Shown here one piece after another: positions 1 to 11,800 of a stretch of DNA of 64,000 nt. The position numbers and the translations under genes were made by a program. The notes below the pieces were generated by a model, which was given only the letters and a program-made list of their open reading frames with translations, was not told the origin of the DNA and searched no databases. The DNA comes from Alphaproteobacteria bacterium (lineage in GTDB: Bacteria; Pseudomonadota; Alphaproteobacteria; CAAHEQ01; UBA3637): positions 8,264 to 72,263 of the forward strand of contig JAZLAQ010000017.1 of NCBI GenBank assembly GCA_045613285.1, read 5' to 3'. Within the stretch, counting starts at the first letter, position 1; the number at the start of each line of letters is the position of its first letter.

Positions 1-819
1 GCTTCTTATAAGTTTCATCCCCAGTGGACAATCGGTGCTGGCGTTGTTGCCCGTTATATCTATGGACACATGACGAATAGTCTGGATATAACACGTTTGG
101 GTGGAGGTCTCAGTGATTTTGAATTAGACGGTTGGACAAAGACAGGTATTGTGGGGGTAATGTATGAACCGACAGAAAATACTCGTTTTGGGTTATCATG
201 GCGTTTGCGATCCACTCAACAGGTTAAAGGGGATCATGAAATTTCCAATAACTTGGGTGGTTTTAATCAAATCGCAACCGGTTGGGCTTCTCCGGCTTTG
301 CCAGAAACAGTAACACTGTCTGCGTATCATAAATACAAAAAGTTTGGCTTTTCAGGGACAGCCCGTTGGACGCATTGGAGTCAGTCTTTCCCAGAATTTG
401 TAATGCGGTCTAATAGTAAATTGTTTGCTACATTGAGTGCAACCAGTTTAGGTGCTGCAGCTGGTGTATCTAATAATGAAAAAGTATCCAATTACAACTA
501 TGGTAATACATGGACATTGACAGCAGGGTTGGACTACTATCATAACGAAAACTGGACATTCCGCTGTGGAACCGGTTGGGATGAAAGTCCGGCTCATAAT
601 GATTCCGACAGAACTGTCCGTATTCCTGATAATGACCGTTTCTGGCTGTCTGCCGGTGCCAGTTATATGCAAAAAAATTGGCAAGTTGATGTTGGGTACG
701 GCATGATGTTTGGTCGAACAGGTAAAGCATTGGAAACAACTGATATTACGTCAGAAAAAGTCAAATATAAAAACTTACGTTCGCACTTGTTGGGTGTGCA
801 GGTTCAATACAAGTTTTAG
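1..819 (+). CDS. Outer-membrane beta-barrel transport protein, FadL/OMPP1/TodX-like (5' end lies outside the window)
   Basis: The frame is open from base 1, in frame with the listed ORF at 70. Sequence alternates hydrophobic and polar residues and is Gly/Tyr/Trp-rich, with a terminal aromatic ...VQYKF typical of OM barrels. A hairpin plus T-run follows. Confidence 0.55.
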   Translation, partial: ASYKFHPQWTIGAGVVARYIYGHMTNSLDITRLGGGLSDFELDGWTKTGIVGVMYEPTENTRFGLSWRLRSTQQVKGDHEISNNLGGFNQIATGWASPALPETVTLSAYHKYKKFGFSGTARWTHWSQSFPEFVMRSNSKLFATLSATSLGAAAGVSNNEKVSNYNYGNTWTLTAGLDYYHNENWTFRCGTGWDESPAHNDSDRTVRIPDNDRFWLSAGASYMQKNWQVDVGYGMMFGRTGKALETTDITSEKVKYKNLRSHLLGVQVQYKF

Positions 820-846
820 TTAGTTGATGAACGAATAGAAAAATAT

Positions 847-876
847 CCTCTGGTTTTACAGGGGGTGTTTTTTTTG
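847..876 (+). terminator. Rho-independent terminator after the OM barrel gene
   Basis: Hairpin cctctg/cagggg followed by a T8 run. Confidence 0.5.
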
Positions 877-962
877 TATTGTTTTTTAAAAATATATTTG
901 CTTCCTTTTTACAAAAAATTGTAGATTTCTGAAAAAATATCGCAAAAATCACGAAAAAGCAC

Positions 963-991
963 TTGACATTTGATTTAAAAAAATGTATTAT
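963..991 (+). promoter_or_regulatory. Sigma70-like promoter for tRNA-Trp/secE/nusG
   Basis: TTGACA (963-968), 17-nt spacer, TATTAT (986-991). Confidence 0.45.
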
Positions 992-1048
992 AAGCCGTCC
1001 GAAGTCTTGTTCGGGGTATTTTTGTACCTTGAAGGAAACTAAAAAAAT

Positions 1049-1124
1049 AGGGGCATAGCTCAACTGGTAGAGCGTCGGTCTCCAAAACCGAAGGTCGTGG
1101 GTTCGATCCCTACTGCCCCTGCCA
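1049..1124 (+). tRNA. trnW: tRNA-Trp (anticodon CCA)
   Basis: 76-nt cloverleaf AGGGGCA...TGCCCCTGCCA with anticodon loop CTCCAAA and T-loop GGTTCGATCC. It sits immediately upstream of secE. Confidence 0.95.
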
Positions 1125-1145
1125 TAAAAAGAAAAGGAAGAAAAC

Positions 1146-1334
1146 ATGAAAGTATCACCCGCTTTATTTGTTCGTCAGGTTAAACAGGAAGTGTCTAAAA
1201 TTACATGGCCAACCCGTGCCGAAACATTGCAGGGAACGATTGCGGTTATGGTTATCTGTTTAATTGTTGCTGCTTTTTTGTTTGTTGTAGATTCCTTGTT
1301 TGCCGGTATTATTCAGAAAATCGTAGAGTTATAG
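1146..1334 (+). CDS. secE: Preprotein translocase subunit SecE
   Basis: 62 aa with the motif VKQEVSKITWPTRAE followed by one TM helix. It lies directly upstream of nusG. Confidence 0.9.
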   Translation: MKVSPALFVRQVKQEVSKITWPTRAETLQGTIAVMVICLIVAAFLFVVDSLFAGIIQKIVEL

Positions 1335-1346
1335 GGGGCGGAATAT

Positions 1347-1874
1347 ATGCGTTGGTATGTGATACATACATATTCAGGATTTGAAAATAAAATTGCCAGT
1401 TTTATTATGGAACAGGCCGCTAAAAAAGGCATTGCGGATAAGGTGGAACAGGTTTTAGTTCCTCAGGAAAAGGTTATATCCGTTCGTAATGGTGTAAAAA
1501 AAGAAATGGATCATAAAATTTTGCCGGGATATGTTCTGATTAAAATGGAAATGACCGAAGAAACATGGCATTTAGTTAAAGGAACGCCTAAAGTAACAGG
1601 ATTTTTGGGGGGTAAAAAGCCGACTCCAATTACGGAAAATGAGGCAATGCGTATTCTAAATCAGGTTCAGGAAGGCGCTGAAAAGCCACGTACGGTTGTG
1701 TCTTATAGGGTTGGTGAAACGGTTCGTGTTGTTGATGGTCCGTTTGCTTCTTTTATCGGAACAGTGGAAGAAGTTGATGAAGAAAAACAGCGTTTAAAAG
1801 TTTCTGTTTCTGTTTTCGGACGGGCAACCAATGTTGATTTAGATAATGTTCAAGTAAAGAAAGAGAGTGTCTAA
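1347..1874 (+). CDS. nusG: Transcription termination/antitermination factor NusG
   Basis: N-terminal MRWYVIHTYSGFENK (NGN domain) and a C-terminal KOW region (GETVRVVDGPFASFIGTVEEVD). Confidence 0.95.
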   Translation: MRWYVIHTYSGFENKIASFIMEQAAKKGIADKVEQVLVPQEKVISVRNGVKKEMDHKILPGYVLIKMEMTEETWHLVKGTPKVTGFLGGKKPTPITENEAMRILNQVQEGAEKPRTVVSYRVGETVRVVDGPFASFIGTVEEVDEEKQRLKVSVSVFGRATNVDLDNVQVKKESV

Positions 1875-2068
1875 TGTTTAGTTTGTTGGATAGAATGATT
1901 TTTGGTCGGGATGGTTTGTCTAATGCGATCGCTCAGGCTTTTGTGGAATATGAAAAAGAAATGAATAGAGGAAGGGTTGTTGTAAATCATAAAAGTCATG
2001 ATAGGAAAAATTTGGTTTTGGCTAAAAAAGCAGAAATAGCACGTCAAGGGAATTTAGTTCGGGACTAA
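1874..2068 (+). CDS. Hypothetical 64-aa protein between nusG and rplK
   Basis: Its ATG shares one base with the nusG TAA (TAATG). No recognisable family. Confidence 0.3.
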   Translation: MFSLLDRMIFGRDGLSNAIAQAFVEYEKEMNRGRVVVNHKSHDRKNLVLAKKAEIARQGNLVRD

Positions 2069-2188
2069 TAACGAAAAATCAGCCGGAAAGCAAAACCGAT
2101 TCGACTTTCTGGTTGTTGTGGGAGATGAGCCATCATCGGACCACGAAACTTCAAAAGGAATCGGATATTTTTTATAAGAGGTTATAAA

Positions 2189-2617
2189 ATGGCAAAAAAG
2201 ATTATTGGCTTTATTAAACTTCAAATTGAAGCTGGTAAAGCAAACCCTTCACCTCCGGTAGGTCCGGCTTTAGGTCAACGGGGTTTAAATATTATGGAAT
2301 TTTGTAAAGCATTCAATGCTAAAACACAGAAAGAAGAACCAGGTTCTCCGATTCCTGTGATTATTACGGCTTATGCTGATAGAACATTTTCTTTTGTGAC
2401 AAAATTGCCACCGGTTAGCTACTTAATTAAAAAAGCAGCTAACTTGAAGAGTGCTTCTAAAGAACCTGGTCGTTCTAAAGCTGGTAAAATTACAAAAGCT
2501 CAGGTTAAAGAAATCGCTGAAAAGAAAATGCCGGATATGAACTGCCATACAGTTGAATCTGCTATGGAAATGGTCGCCGGTCAGGCTCGTTCTATGGGTA
2601 TTGAAGTGGTGGAGTAA
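2189..2617 (+). CDS. rplK: 50S ribosomal protein L11
   Basis: [43 protein letters not shown] is a canonical L11 sequence. Confidence 0.97.
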   Translation: MAKKIIGFIKLQIEAGKANPSPPVGPALGQRGLNIMEFCKAFNAKTQKEEPGSPIPVIITAYADRTFSFVTKLPPVSYLIKKAANLKSASKEPGRSKAGKITKAQVKEIAEKKMPDMNCHTVESAMEMVAGQARSMGIEVVE

Positions 2618-2621
2618 GATT

Positions 2622-3314
2622 ATGCAATACGGAAAAAGATTAAAAAAAGCTTATGAATCCATTGATACCAATAAGGTTTATGCTTTGGATGAAGCAATTG
2701 CAATGGTAAAAGCCGGTGCAACTGCTAAATTTGATGAAACAATCGATATCGCTGTTCGTTTGGGTGTTGATCCTCGTCAATCTGATCAGATGATCCGAGG
2801 TGCCGTGTCCTTGCCGGCCGGAACAGGTAAAACTTTAAAAGTTGCTGTTTTTGCTAAAGGTCCTAAGGCTGAAGAAGCACGTAAAGCAGGTGCCGATATC
2901 GTTGGTGATGAAGATTTAATGAATGACATTTTAGGTGGTAAAATTGACTTCCAACGTTTAATTGCAACGCCGGATATGATGGGTGTTGTCGGTCGTTTGG
3001 GTAAAGTCTTGGGACCGAAAGGTTTAATGCCAAACCCAAAATTGGGAACCGTTACAATGGATGTAACGAATGCTGTTAAGGCTGCTAAGGCCGGTCAGGT
3101 TCAATTCCGTGTAGATGCCGCTGGAGTGGTCCATGCTGGTATCGGTAAAGCCAGTTTTGATGCCGATAAAATTGCCGAAAACGTAAAAGCCTTTGTGAAA
3201 ACATTGGTTGCTATGAAACCGGCTTCTTCTTCAGGTTTATACTTGAAACAAGTTGCTATTTCCAGTACGCAAGGCGTCGGTGTAAAAGTGTCTGTTCCGA
3301 CAATTGTCGGATAA
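2622..3314 (+). CDS. rplA: 50S ribosomal protein L1
   Basis: The internal ATG at 2622 ([15 protein letters not shown]...) lies just after the rplK stop. The listed 2553 start would overlap rplK by 65 nt. Confidence 0.93.
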   Translation: MQYGKRLKKAYESIDTNKVYALDEAIAMVKAGATAKFDETIDIAVRLGVDPRQSDQMIRGAVSLPAGTGKTLKVAVFAKGPKAEEARKAGADIVGDEDLMNDILGGKIDFQRLIATPDMMGVVGRLGKVLGPKGLMPNPKLGTVTMDVTNAVKAAKAGQVQFRVDAAGVVHAGIGKASFDADKIAENVKAFVKTLVAMKPASSSGLYLKQVAISSTQGVGVKVSVPTIVG

Positions 3315-3574
3315 GAAATTTTGTCGGTACTTGGAAACAGGTACCGACAAGAACCTGTCCTAGACTGCGGGTATTCAATCACGGGATTGAATTTAAGGGA
3401 AAGCATTCCGCCGGCATAGACAGAAATGAATCAGTGATTCCTTATGGAGTTAAAGAGGATTGTTTCTAGGCAGGAAAATAAGGTGGGTTAGTCAAAAGAA
3501 TTTTTGAAAAACCTGTGTAGAAACCGAGGCGAGGGGAAAGCCCGACCCTCACATGAAAATGCGGAGACATTATC
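3315..3574 (+). promoter_or_regulatory. Long structured rplJ leader (candidate L10/L12 autoregulatory leader)
   Basis: 260-nt non-coding gap before rplJ. It contains a 10-bp stem, ttgtcggtac/gtaccgacaa, at about 3325-3354. The assignment rests on position and known L10-leader biology, not on a consensus match. Confidence 0.4.
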
Positions 3575-4063
3575 GTGAAACGTGAAGAAAAACAACAACT
3601 GATTTCCGAAATGAAAGATGTTTTTACCAACTCTGCTTTGGTAGTTGTCGCTTTAAATAAAGGTTTGACAATGCCTGAAACAACAGAATTGCGTAACAAT
3701 GTCCGTCAAGACGGTGCCAGTTATCGTGTTGCTAAAAACCGTTTGGCAAAATTGGCTCTGGCAGGAACACCGTGCGAATCCATGGCGGATTTGCTGGTTG
3801 GCCCAACAGCTATCGCATATTCAGCAGATGAAATTGCTGCTGCACGTGCAGTTGTTAAAATGGCCAAAAACAACGACCGTTTTGAAATTGTCGGCGGTAT
3901 TATGAACGGACAAAAGATTGATGCCCAAATGGTTAAAAATTTGGCTGCATTGCCTTCTTTGGACGAACTGCGTGGCAAACTTGTTGGGTTGTTGCAAGCA
4001 CCTGCTGGTCAGTTGGCCAGACTTGCAAAAGCTTATTCCGAAAAGGATCAAGCTGCTGCTTAG
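3575..4063 (+). CDS. rplJ: 50S ribosomal protein L10
   Basis: GTG start. Conserved L10 sequence (LRNNVRQDGASYRVAKNRLAKLAL) and position before rplL. Confidence 0.93.
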   Translation: MKREEKQQLISEMKDVFTNSALVVVALNKGLTMPETTELRNNVRQDGASYRVAKNRLAKLALAGTPCESMADLLVGPTAIAYSADEIAAARAVVKMAKNNDRFEIVGGIMNGQKIDAQMVKNLAALPSLDELRGKLVGLLQAPAGQLARLAKAYSEKDQAAA

Positions 4064-4101
4064 AACTAAATTATTAACAATTAAATTAAAGGAAATTTAA
4101 A

Positions 4102-4467
4102 ATGACTGATTTAAACAAAATTATTGATGAACTGTCTGCTTTGACAGTTTTAGAAGCCGCTGAATTGGCTAAAATGTTAGAAGAAAAATGGGGCGTTTCT
4201 GCTGCTGCTCCGGTTGCTGTTGCTGCTGCTGGTGCTGTTGCTGCTGCTGAAGAAAAAACAGAATTTGATGTTATCTTGGCTGACGGTGGTGCAAATAAAA
4301 TTGCCGTTATTAAAGAAGTCCGTACAATTACAGGCTTGGGCTTGAAAGAAGCTAAAGACTTAGTTGAAGGTGCACCGAAGGAAGTTAAGAAAGGTGTTGC
4401 CAAAGACGAAGCTGAAAAATTGAAAAAACAATTAGAAGCCGCTGGCGCTAAAGTTGAATTGAAGTAA
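4102..4467 (+). CDS. rplL: 50S ribosomal protein L7/L12
   Basis: Ala-rich hinge and the C-terminal motif [24 protein letters not shown]. Confidence 0.97.
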   Translation: MTDLNKIIDELSALTVLEAAELAKMLEEKWGVSAAAPVAVAAAGAVAAAEEKTEFDVILADGGANKIAVIKEVRTITGLGLKEAKDLVEGAPKEVKKGVAKDEAEKLKKQLEAAGAKVELK

Positions 4468-4548
4468 TTCGTTCTTCAAAAATCGCATTGGGTCGCATCA
4501 ATTTAAGTAAAATTGATGACGGCCCGATAGCGGTAAATATAACGAATG

Positions 4549-4581
4549 GGTCTCGGTGCCCTTACACCGACCAGAATTTTT
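4549..4581 (+). terminator. Candidate rplL-rpoB intergenic attenuator
   Basis: Bulged hairpin ggtc(tc)ggtg/caccgacc followed by agaattttt. A partial terminator at this position is known in other bacteria. Confidence 0.35.
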
Positions 4582-4605
4582 GATTATTAAAATGGGGAAA
4601 AACGC

Positions 4606-7600
4606 ATGATCAAACAAGAAACGAATCGCAGAAGAGTTCGTAAAAATTTCGGAAAAATTGAAGCCGTTGCACAAATGCCAAATCTGATTGGGGTTCAAAC
4701 AGATTCTTATACTGAGTTTTTGCAATGGGGTGTGCCTGTTTCGGAACGAAAAGATATCGGTTTGCAGGCCGTTTTTAAATCTATCTTTCCAATTCATGAC
4801 TTTGCCGGTCGTGGTGATTTAGATTTTGTTGAATATGAATTGGATATGCCGAAATTTGATGTTGATGAGTGCTTAAAACGCAGTTTGACTTATGCGGCTC
4901 CGGTACGTGCTAAGTTGCGCTTGGTTGTTTGGGATGTTGACCAGTCCACAGGTGCACGTTCTTTTAAGGATATGAAAGAACAGGATGTTTATATGGGGGA
5001 TTTGCCCTTAATGACGGAAAAAGGGACTTTTATCGTCAATGGAACGGAACGGGTTGTTGTTTCCCAAATGCATCGCTCCCCAGGTGTTTTCTTTGATCAT
5101 GATAATGGTGAAACACATTCTTCCGGTAAATTTTTATTTGCAGCCCGTATCATTCCCTATCGCGGGTCTTGGATTGATTTTGAATTCGATGCAAAAGATT
5201 TATTGTATGTTCGGATTGACCGTCGTCGGAAATTGCCAGTATCTTCATTTTTGTATGCATTAGATAGCGAATATACAGCACAAAAACGTTTGGAAGCTAC
5301 TGCCGCCGGAACTGAAATTGATCCGAGCGATGTTTACGGCATGAGCAAAGAAGAAATCTTGAATTATTTCTATCAGACGGTTGTTTTCAAAAAAGATAAA
5401 AAGAATTGGAAAACAGCTTTTGAACCGGCTTTATTAAAAGGGCAAAAATTGGCCTTTGATTTGGTTGATGCTAAAACCGGTAAAGTTGTTTTTGAAAAAG
5501 GGCAAAAACTGATTTCTGCCAAAGCAAATAAACTGAAAAAGGAAGGTTTGGAAGAATATGTTTTATCTGAAGATGAATTAATCGGTCGTTTTGTTGCAAC
5601 GGATATCGTTGATGAAAAGACCGGCGAGGTTGTTATGGAAGCCGGTAATGAGCTGACAGAAGACGACTTTGAAAAAATCAAAGAAATGAAATTGAAGGAA
5701 TTGCCGATACTGCATATTGATTATGTGACAGTTGGTCCTTATATCCGGAATACTTTGATTGCGGACAGAAATACGACCCGTGAAGAAGCATTGATTGATA
5801 TTTATAAAATTATGCGTCCAGGTGAATTGCCTGTTGTAGAAACGGCAGATGCTTTATTCCGTAGTTTGTTCTTTGATTTAGAACGTTATGATTTATCAGC
5901 TGTCGGTCGGGTTAAAATGAACGCTCGTTTGGGTTTCAATAATGAAGAAGTTTCTGATGAAATCCGCGTCCTACGTAAAGAAGATGTTTTGGGTGTCTTG
6001 AAAACCTTGATAGAGATTAAAGATGGCCGTGGTGAAGTTGATGATATTGATAACTTGGGTAACCGTCGAGTTCGTTCTGTTGGTGAATTGATGGAAAATC
6101 AATATCGTTTAGGTTTGCTTCGAATGGAAAGAATGGTTCGTGAACGGATGACTTCCAGTGATATTGATACCGTTATGCCATCCGATTTAATTAATGCTAA
6201 ACCGTTGTCTGCTGCGGTCAGAGAGTTCTTTGCCAGCAGTCAGCTCAGTCAATTTATGGATCAGAATAATCCGTTATCTGAAATTACACACAAACGGCGT
6301 TTGTCTGCATTGGGACCTGGTGGTTTAACACGTGATCGTGCCGGTATGGAAGTTCGTGACGTTCATCCGACCCATTATGGACGGATTTGTCCGATTGAAT
6401 CACCGGAAGGTCAAAATATCGGTTTGATAAACTCATTGGCAAGCTTTGCCCGTATCAATAAGTATGGTTTTATTGAAACACCTTATCGTAAGGTTGTTGA
6501 TGGTAAAGTAACCAGTGAAGTTGTTTATTTATCCGCTATGGAAGAAGCACGCTATAATATTGCTCAGGCAAATGCGGCTTTGAATGATAAAGGCGAATTT
6601 ACAGAAGAATTGGTAACGTCTCGTCATGCTGGTGAAGTTGTTTTAGTAAAGCCAGAAGAAATTGAATTTATTGATGTTTCTCCGAAGCAAGTTGTTTCTG
6701 TTGCAGCGGCCTTGATTCCATTCTTGGAAAACGATGACGCTAACCGTGCTTTGATGGGTTCAAACATGCAACGTCAGGGTGTTCCTTTGTTGAAAGTTCA
6801 GGCTCCGTTGGTTGGTACAGGCATGGAAGCAGTTGTTGCGAAAGATTCTCGGGCTGCTATTACGGCAAGACGTTCCGGGGTTGTGCAACAGGTTGATTCT
6901 TCCCGTATCGTTATTCGGGCTACGGATGAATTGAGTGCTACGGCATCTGGTGTAGATATCTATACACTAGAAAAATTCCAACGTTCTAATCAGGGAACCT
7001 GTATGACACAGCAACCGATTGTTAAAACCGGTGAAGTTGTCAATAAAGGTGATATTATCGCAGATGGTCCTTGTACACAGTTGGGTGAATTGGCTTTGGG
7101 ACGTAACGTATTAGTTGCTTTCGTTCCTTGGAATGGGTATAACTATGAAGACTCTATCTTGATTTCTGAACGGATTGCCCGTGATGATGTGTTTACATCT
7201 ATTCACTTGGAAGAATTTGAAGTGACGGCCCGTGATACAAAGTTGGGTCAGGAAGAAATCACACGCGATATTCCGAATGTCGGTGAAGAAGGCTTGAAAA
7301 ACTTGGATGAAACCGGTGTTATCTATATCGGTGCAGAAGTTAAAGCCGGGGATATCTTGGTTGGTAAGGTGACACCGAAGGGTGAAACAATCATGACACC
7401 GGAAGAAAAATTATTGCGGACAATCTTTGGTGAAAAAGCTGCTGATGTTCGTGATTCTTCTTTGCGGGTACCTCCGGGAATTTCTGGTACGGTTGTTGAT
7501 GTACGTGTCTTTACGCGTCGTGGATTGGAAAAAGACGAACGTGCTTTGTCTATTGAACAGTCTGAAATCAGCCGTTTGGCAAAAGACCGCGATGATGAAA

Positions 7601-8787
7601 AGGCTATTTTACAAGGCAGTTTCTATGATCGTATTCGTGGTTTATTGGCTGGTCAGAAAGTTTCTAAATCTGTTGGTTTTAAGGCCGGTACCGTTTTGAC
7701 GGTTGATGCTTTGACGGCGGTTAAAAATGAAGACTTACGTAAAATCAATGTCGAAAATGACAAAGTTATGGCTGAAATAGAACAGTTATTAGCAACATTG
7801 GATGAAGCCGAAAAAACATTACAGGCTAAATTTGAAAATCGTGTTGAAAAATTACAACGCGGTGATGAAATGATGGCTGGTGAATTAAAGAAAATTAAAG
7901 TCTTTATTGCCACGAAACGTAAATTGCAACCTGGTGACAAGATGTCTGGTCGTCATGGAAACAAGGGTGTTGTTTCCCGTGTTTTACCGATCGAAGATAT
8001 GCCTTATACCGAAGACGGTACGCCGATGGATATCGTTTTAAATCCGTTGGGTGTTCCTTCCCGTATGAATGTGGGGCAGATTTTGGAAACACACTTAGGT
8101 TATGCTTGTCGTGAATTAGGTCGTCAGATTGGTGAAGTTGTAGAACAGGTAAAAGCACAAGGTGCTGATATGGCTGATTTGAAGGCTAAATTAAAAGATG
8201 TTTACGGTGATCGTGAATATAATAATAAAGTGGCCGATATGACAGATACAGAAATTTTGTCAATGGCTGAAAACCTGAAAGACGGTTTGCCGATTGCAAC
8301 TCCTGTTTTTGATGGTGCTCACCAGGAAGACATTGATAATATGTTGAAGAAAGCTGGTTTGAGTGTATCCGGTCAGGTAACTTTATATGATGGTTTGACG
8401 GGTGAACCGTTTGATCGTCCGGTAACAATCGGTTACATGTATATGCTGAAGTTACACCACTTGGTTGATGAAAAAATTCACGCTCGTTCCATCGGACCGT
8501 ACAGTTTGGTAACACAACAACCGCTTGGTGGTAAGGCTCAATTCGGGGGTCAACGTTTTGGTGAAATGGAAGTGTGGGCATTAGAAGCTTATGGTGCAGC
8601 CTATACATTGCAGGAAATGTTGACGATTAAGTCCGATGACGTTTCAGGTCGTATCAAAGCCTATGAAACAATTATCCGTGGTGACAACAACTTTGAATCC
8701 GGTATTCCGGAATCTTTCAATGTTTTAACCAAGGAAATGCGTTCTTTGGCATTAGATGTTGAACTGAATCAAAATGAAAGCAAATAA
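4606..8787 (+). CDS. rpoB: DNA-directed RNA polymerase subunit beta
   Basis: 1393 aa containing canonical beta-subunit blocks ([37 protein letters not shown]). Confidence 0.99.
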   Translation: MIKQETNRRRVRKNFGKIEAVAQMPNLIGVQTDSYTEFLQWGVPVSERKDIGLQAVFKSIFPIHDFAGRGDLDFVEYELDMPKFDVDECLKRSLTYAAPVRAKLRLVVWDVDQSTGARSFKDMKEQDVYMGDLPLMTEKGTFIVNGTERVVVSQMHRSPGVFFDHDNGETHSSGKFLFAARIIPYRGSWIDFEFDAKDLLYVRIDRRRKLPVSSFLYALDSEYTAQKRLEATAAGTEIDPSDVYGMSKEEILNYFYQTVVFKKDKKNWKTAFEPALLKGQKLAFDLVDAKTGKVVFEKGQKLISAKANKLKKEGLEEYVLSEDELIGRFVATDIVDEKTGEVVMEAGNELTEDDFEKIKEMKLKELPILHIDYVTVGPYIRNTLIADRNTTREEALIDIYKIMRPGELPVVETADALFRSLFFDLERYDLSAVGRVKMNARLGFNNEEVSDEIRVLRKEDVLGVLKTLIEIKDGRGEVDDIDNLGNRRVRSVGELMENQYRLGLLRMERMVRERMTSSDIDTVMPSDLINAKPLSAAVREFFASSQLSQFMDQNNPLSEITHKRRLSALGPGGLTRDRAGMEVRDVHPTHYGRICPIESPEGQNIGLINSLASFARINKYGFIETPYRKVVDGKVTSEVVYLSAMEEARYNIAQANAALNDKGEFTEELVTSRHAGEVVLVKPEEIEFIDVSPKQVVSVAAALIPFLENDDANRALMGSNMQRQGVPLLKVQAPLVGTGMEAVVAKDSRAAITARRSGVVQQVDSSRIVIRATDELSATASGVDIYTLEKFQRSNQGTCMTQQPIVKTGEVVNKGDIIADGPCTQLGELALGRNVLVAFVPWNGYNYEDSILISERIARDDVFTSIHLEEFEVTARDTKLGQEEITRDIPNVGEEGLKNLDETGVIYIGAEVKAGDILVGKVTPKGETIMTPEEKLLRTIFGEKAADVRDSSLRVPPGISGTVVDVRVFTRRGLEKDERALSIEQSEISRLAKDRDDEKAILQGSFYDRIRGLLAGQKVSKSVGFKAGTVLTVDALTAVKNEDLRKINVENDKVMAEIEQLLATLDEAEKTLQAKFENRVEKLQRGDEMMAGELKKIKVFIATKRKLQPGDKMSGRHGNKGVVSRVLPIEDMPYTEDGTPMDIVLNPLGVPSRMNVGQILETHLGYACRELGRQIGEVVEQVKAQGADMADLKAKLKDVYGDREYNNKVADMTDTEILSMAENLKDGLPIATPVFDGAHQEDIDNMLKKAGLSVSGQVTLYDGLTGEPFDRPVTIGYMYMLKLHHLVDEKIHARSIGPYSLVTQQPLGGKAQFGGQRFGEMEVWALEAYGAAYTLQEMLTIKSDDVSGRIKAYETIIRGDNNFESGIPESFNVLTKEMRSLALDVELNQNESK

Positions 8788-8841
8788 TTAGACAGGGGAA
8801 AGACCTCTTTCCCCTTTAACCCAAGAAAAAAGGCAAAAAAA

Positions 8842-11800
8842 ATGAATGAATTAATTACAAATTTTAGTCCTGTTGCTAATCCTCAATCTTTTGATGATAT
8901 CCGAATTTCTATCGCATCACCCGAAAAAATTCGCAGTTGGTCATTTGGTGAAGTGACCCGTCCTGAAACAATAAACTATCGGACATTTAAACCGGAAAAA
9001 GATGGTTTGTTCTGTGCTAAGATTTTCGGACCTGTTAAGGATTATGAATGTTTGTGTGGAAAATACAAACGGATGAAATATCGTGGTATTACCTGTGAAA
9101 AGTGCGGTGTTGAAGTAACATTGTCAAAAGTGCGTCGGGAACGTATGGGACATATCGAATTGGCTTGTCCGGTAACACATATCTGGTTTTTAAAGTCTTT
9201 ACCGTCTCGAATCGGGACTCTGTTAGACATGATGTTAAAAAATTTGGAAGCTGTTTTGTACTTCGAAAAATACATCGTGATTGAACCGGGGTTGACAGGT
9301 TTAAAATTACATGATTTATTGACGGAAGAACAATATCAGCAAGCCGTAGAAGAATATGGTGAAGATACTTTCCGTGTTGGTATCGGGGCAGAAGCTATCA
9401 AAGAAATGTTGTCTCAGATTGATTTAGCAGGTGAAGCGGCTTCTTTGCGTGCTGAATTGATTGAAACAAAATCTGATATGAAACGCAAAAAGATTGTTAA
9501 GAAATTGAAATTGGTAGAATCTTTCTTAGAATCCGGTTCGCGTCCGGAATGGATGGTTTTGGATGTATTGCCAGTTATTCCGCCTGAATTGCGTCCGTTG
9601 GTTCCTTTAGATGGTGGTCGTTTTGCTACATCTGATTTGAATGATTTATATCGTCGTGTTATCAACAGAAATAATCGTTTAAAACGGTTGTTGGAATTAC
9701 GTGCACCGGAAATTATTGTTCGTAATGAAAAACGTATGTTGCAGGAATCTGTTGATGCTTTGTTTGATAATGGTCGTCGTGGTCGTGCTGTTGCTGGTAT
9801 GAACAAACGTCCTTTGAAATCTTTGGCTGATATGTTAAAAGGGAAACAAGGTCGTTTCCGTCAAAACTTGCTTGGTAAACGTGTTGACTACTCCGGTCGT
9901 TCTGTTATTACGGTCGGTCCGGAATTGATGTTACATCAATGCGGTTTACCAAAAAGAATGGCTTTGGAATTGTTTAAGCCTTTTATCTATTCTAAATTAG
10001 AACAATATGGTATGGCTTCTACAATTAAAGCTGCCAAGAAAATGGTTGAAAAAGAACGCCCAGAAGTATGGGATATCCTGTCCGAAGTTATTCGTGAGCA
10101 TCCGGTTTTGTTAAACCGTGCTCCGACATTGCACCGCTTGGGTATTCAAGCCTTTGAACCGGTGTTGATTGAAGGTAAAGCCATTCAATTACATCCGCTT
10201 GTTTGTACAGCCTTTAACGCAGACTTTGACGGTGACCAGATGGCCGTTCACGTTCCGCTTTCTATGGAAGCTCAATTGGAAGCCCGTGTTTTGATGATGT
10301 CTACAAACAACATCTTGTCTCCGGCATCCGGTAAGCCGATTATTGTGCCGACACAAGACGTTATTTTGGGATTGTATTATATGTCTATGGCTTTAGACGG
10401 CGAACCCGGGGAAGGTATGGTCTTTTCATGTCCGCAGGAAATTGAACACGCTTTGTTTGAACGTGTTGTGACATTACACTCAAAAATTAAAGTCCGGTTG
10501 ACAATAATGGAAGATAACGGTGTTAAACAAACACGGGTTGTTGAAACAACACCAGGACGGATGAAGTTGGCTGCCTTATTGCCAGACAATAGTAAAATTC
10601 CGTTCAGTTTGATGAACCGTTTAATCCGGAAAAAAGAAGTTTCCGATATTATTGATGCTGTTTATCGTTTCTGTGGTCAAAAAGAAACCTGTATTTTTGC
10701 CGATCGGATTATGAATTTGGGTTATCGTCAGGCTGCTAAATCCGGTATTTCTTTCGGTAAGGACGATTTGATTGTGCCGACAGAAAAGAAAAAATTGTTG
10801 GCTGAAACAGAAAAGAAAACAAATGAGTTTGAACGTCAATACCAAGACGGTTTGATTACCCGTTTGGAAAAGTACAACAAGGTTGTTGACGCTTGGGCGT
10901 CTTGTACGGATAAAATTGCCGGTGCGATGATGCAGGGTATTTCAAAAATTGAACCAGGTAAACCAGTCAATTCCGTCTATATGATGGCTAATTCCGGAGC
11001 CCGTGGTAGTGCTGCTCAGATGAGACAGTTGGCCGGTATGCGTGGGTTGATGGCTAAACCATCGGGTGAAATTATTGAAACGCCTATTCGTTCCAACTTT
11101 AAAGAAGGCTTGACCGTTATGGAATACTTTAACTCCACGCACGGTGCCAGAAAAGGGTTAGCTGATACGGCTTTGAAAACAGCGAACTCAGGTTATTTAA
11201 CCCGTCGCTTGGTTGATGTGGCTCAGGATGCTATTATTACCATTGATGATTGTGGTACGGATAATGGAATTACCATACAACCGATTATTGAAGGTGGTGA
11301 TGTTATTGCAACAACCGGTGAACGGATTTTAGGCCGTACAGCTGCCGAAGATATTAAAGATCCAGCTACTGGCGAAGTTATCGTTTCAAAAAATACATTG
11401 ATTGATGAAAATGATGTAGAAAAGATCGATAATGCCGGTGTTGATTCGGTAAAAATTCGTTCTGTTTTAACTTGTGAAGCTGAAGACGGTATTTGTGCAG
11501 CTTGTTATGGACGTGATTTAGCCCGTGGAACGGCAGTTAACTTGGGTGAAGTTGTCGGTATTATTGCCGCTCAATCCATTGGTGAACCGGGAACTCAGTT
11601 GACAATGCGTACTTTCCATATCGGTGGTGCGGCTCAACGTGGTGCGGAACAGTCCAATATTGAAGCAGCATTTGATGCTAAAATCAAGTTAGGTAACTGT
11701 AATACTATCAAAAATTCTGCTGGCGATGTTATTGTCTTGTCACGGAATTGTGAAGTTTCTCTGTTGGATTCCAATAATCGTGAAAAAGCCCGTCATAAAG

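Noticed and set aside
761-1147. ORFs overlapping tRNA genes (761-1147 minus, 17387-17581 plus, 24209-24415 plus, 50753-51016 plus, 50785-50970 minus)
   Set aside because: Each spans a well-formed tRNA and promoter or terminator sequence. The tRNA interpretation explains the sequence.
2553-2621. N-terminal extension of rplA (listed ORF start at 2553) overlapping rplK
   Set aside because: The extension ([12 protein letters not shown]...) is an out-of-frame read of the rplK 3' end. The canonical L1 N-terminus begins at the ATG at 2622, right after the rplK stop.
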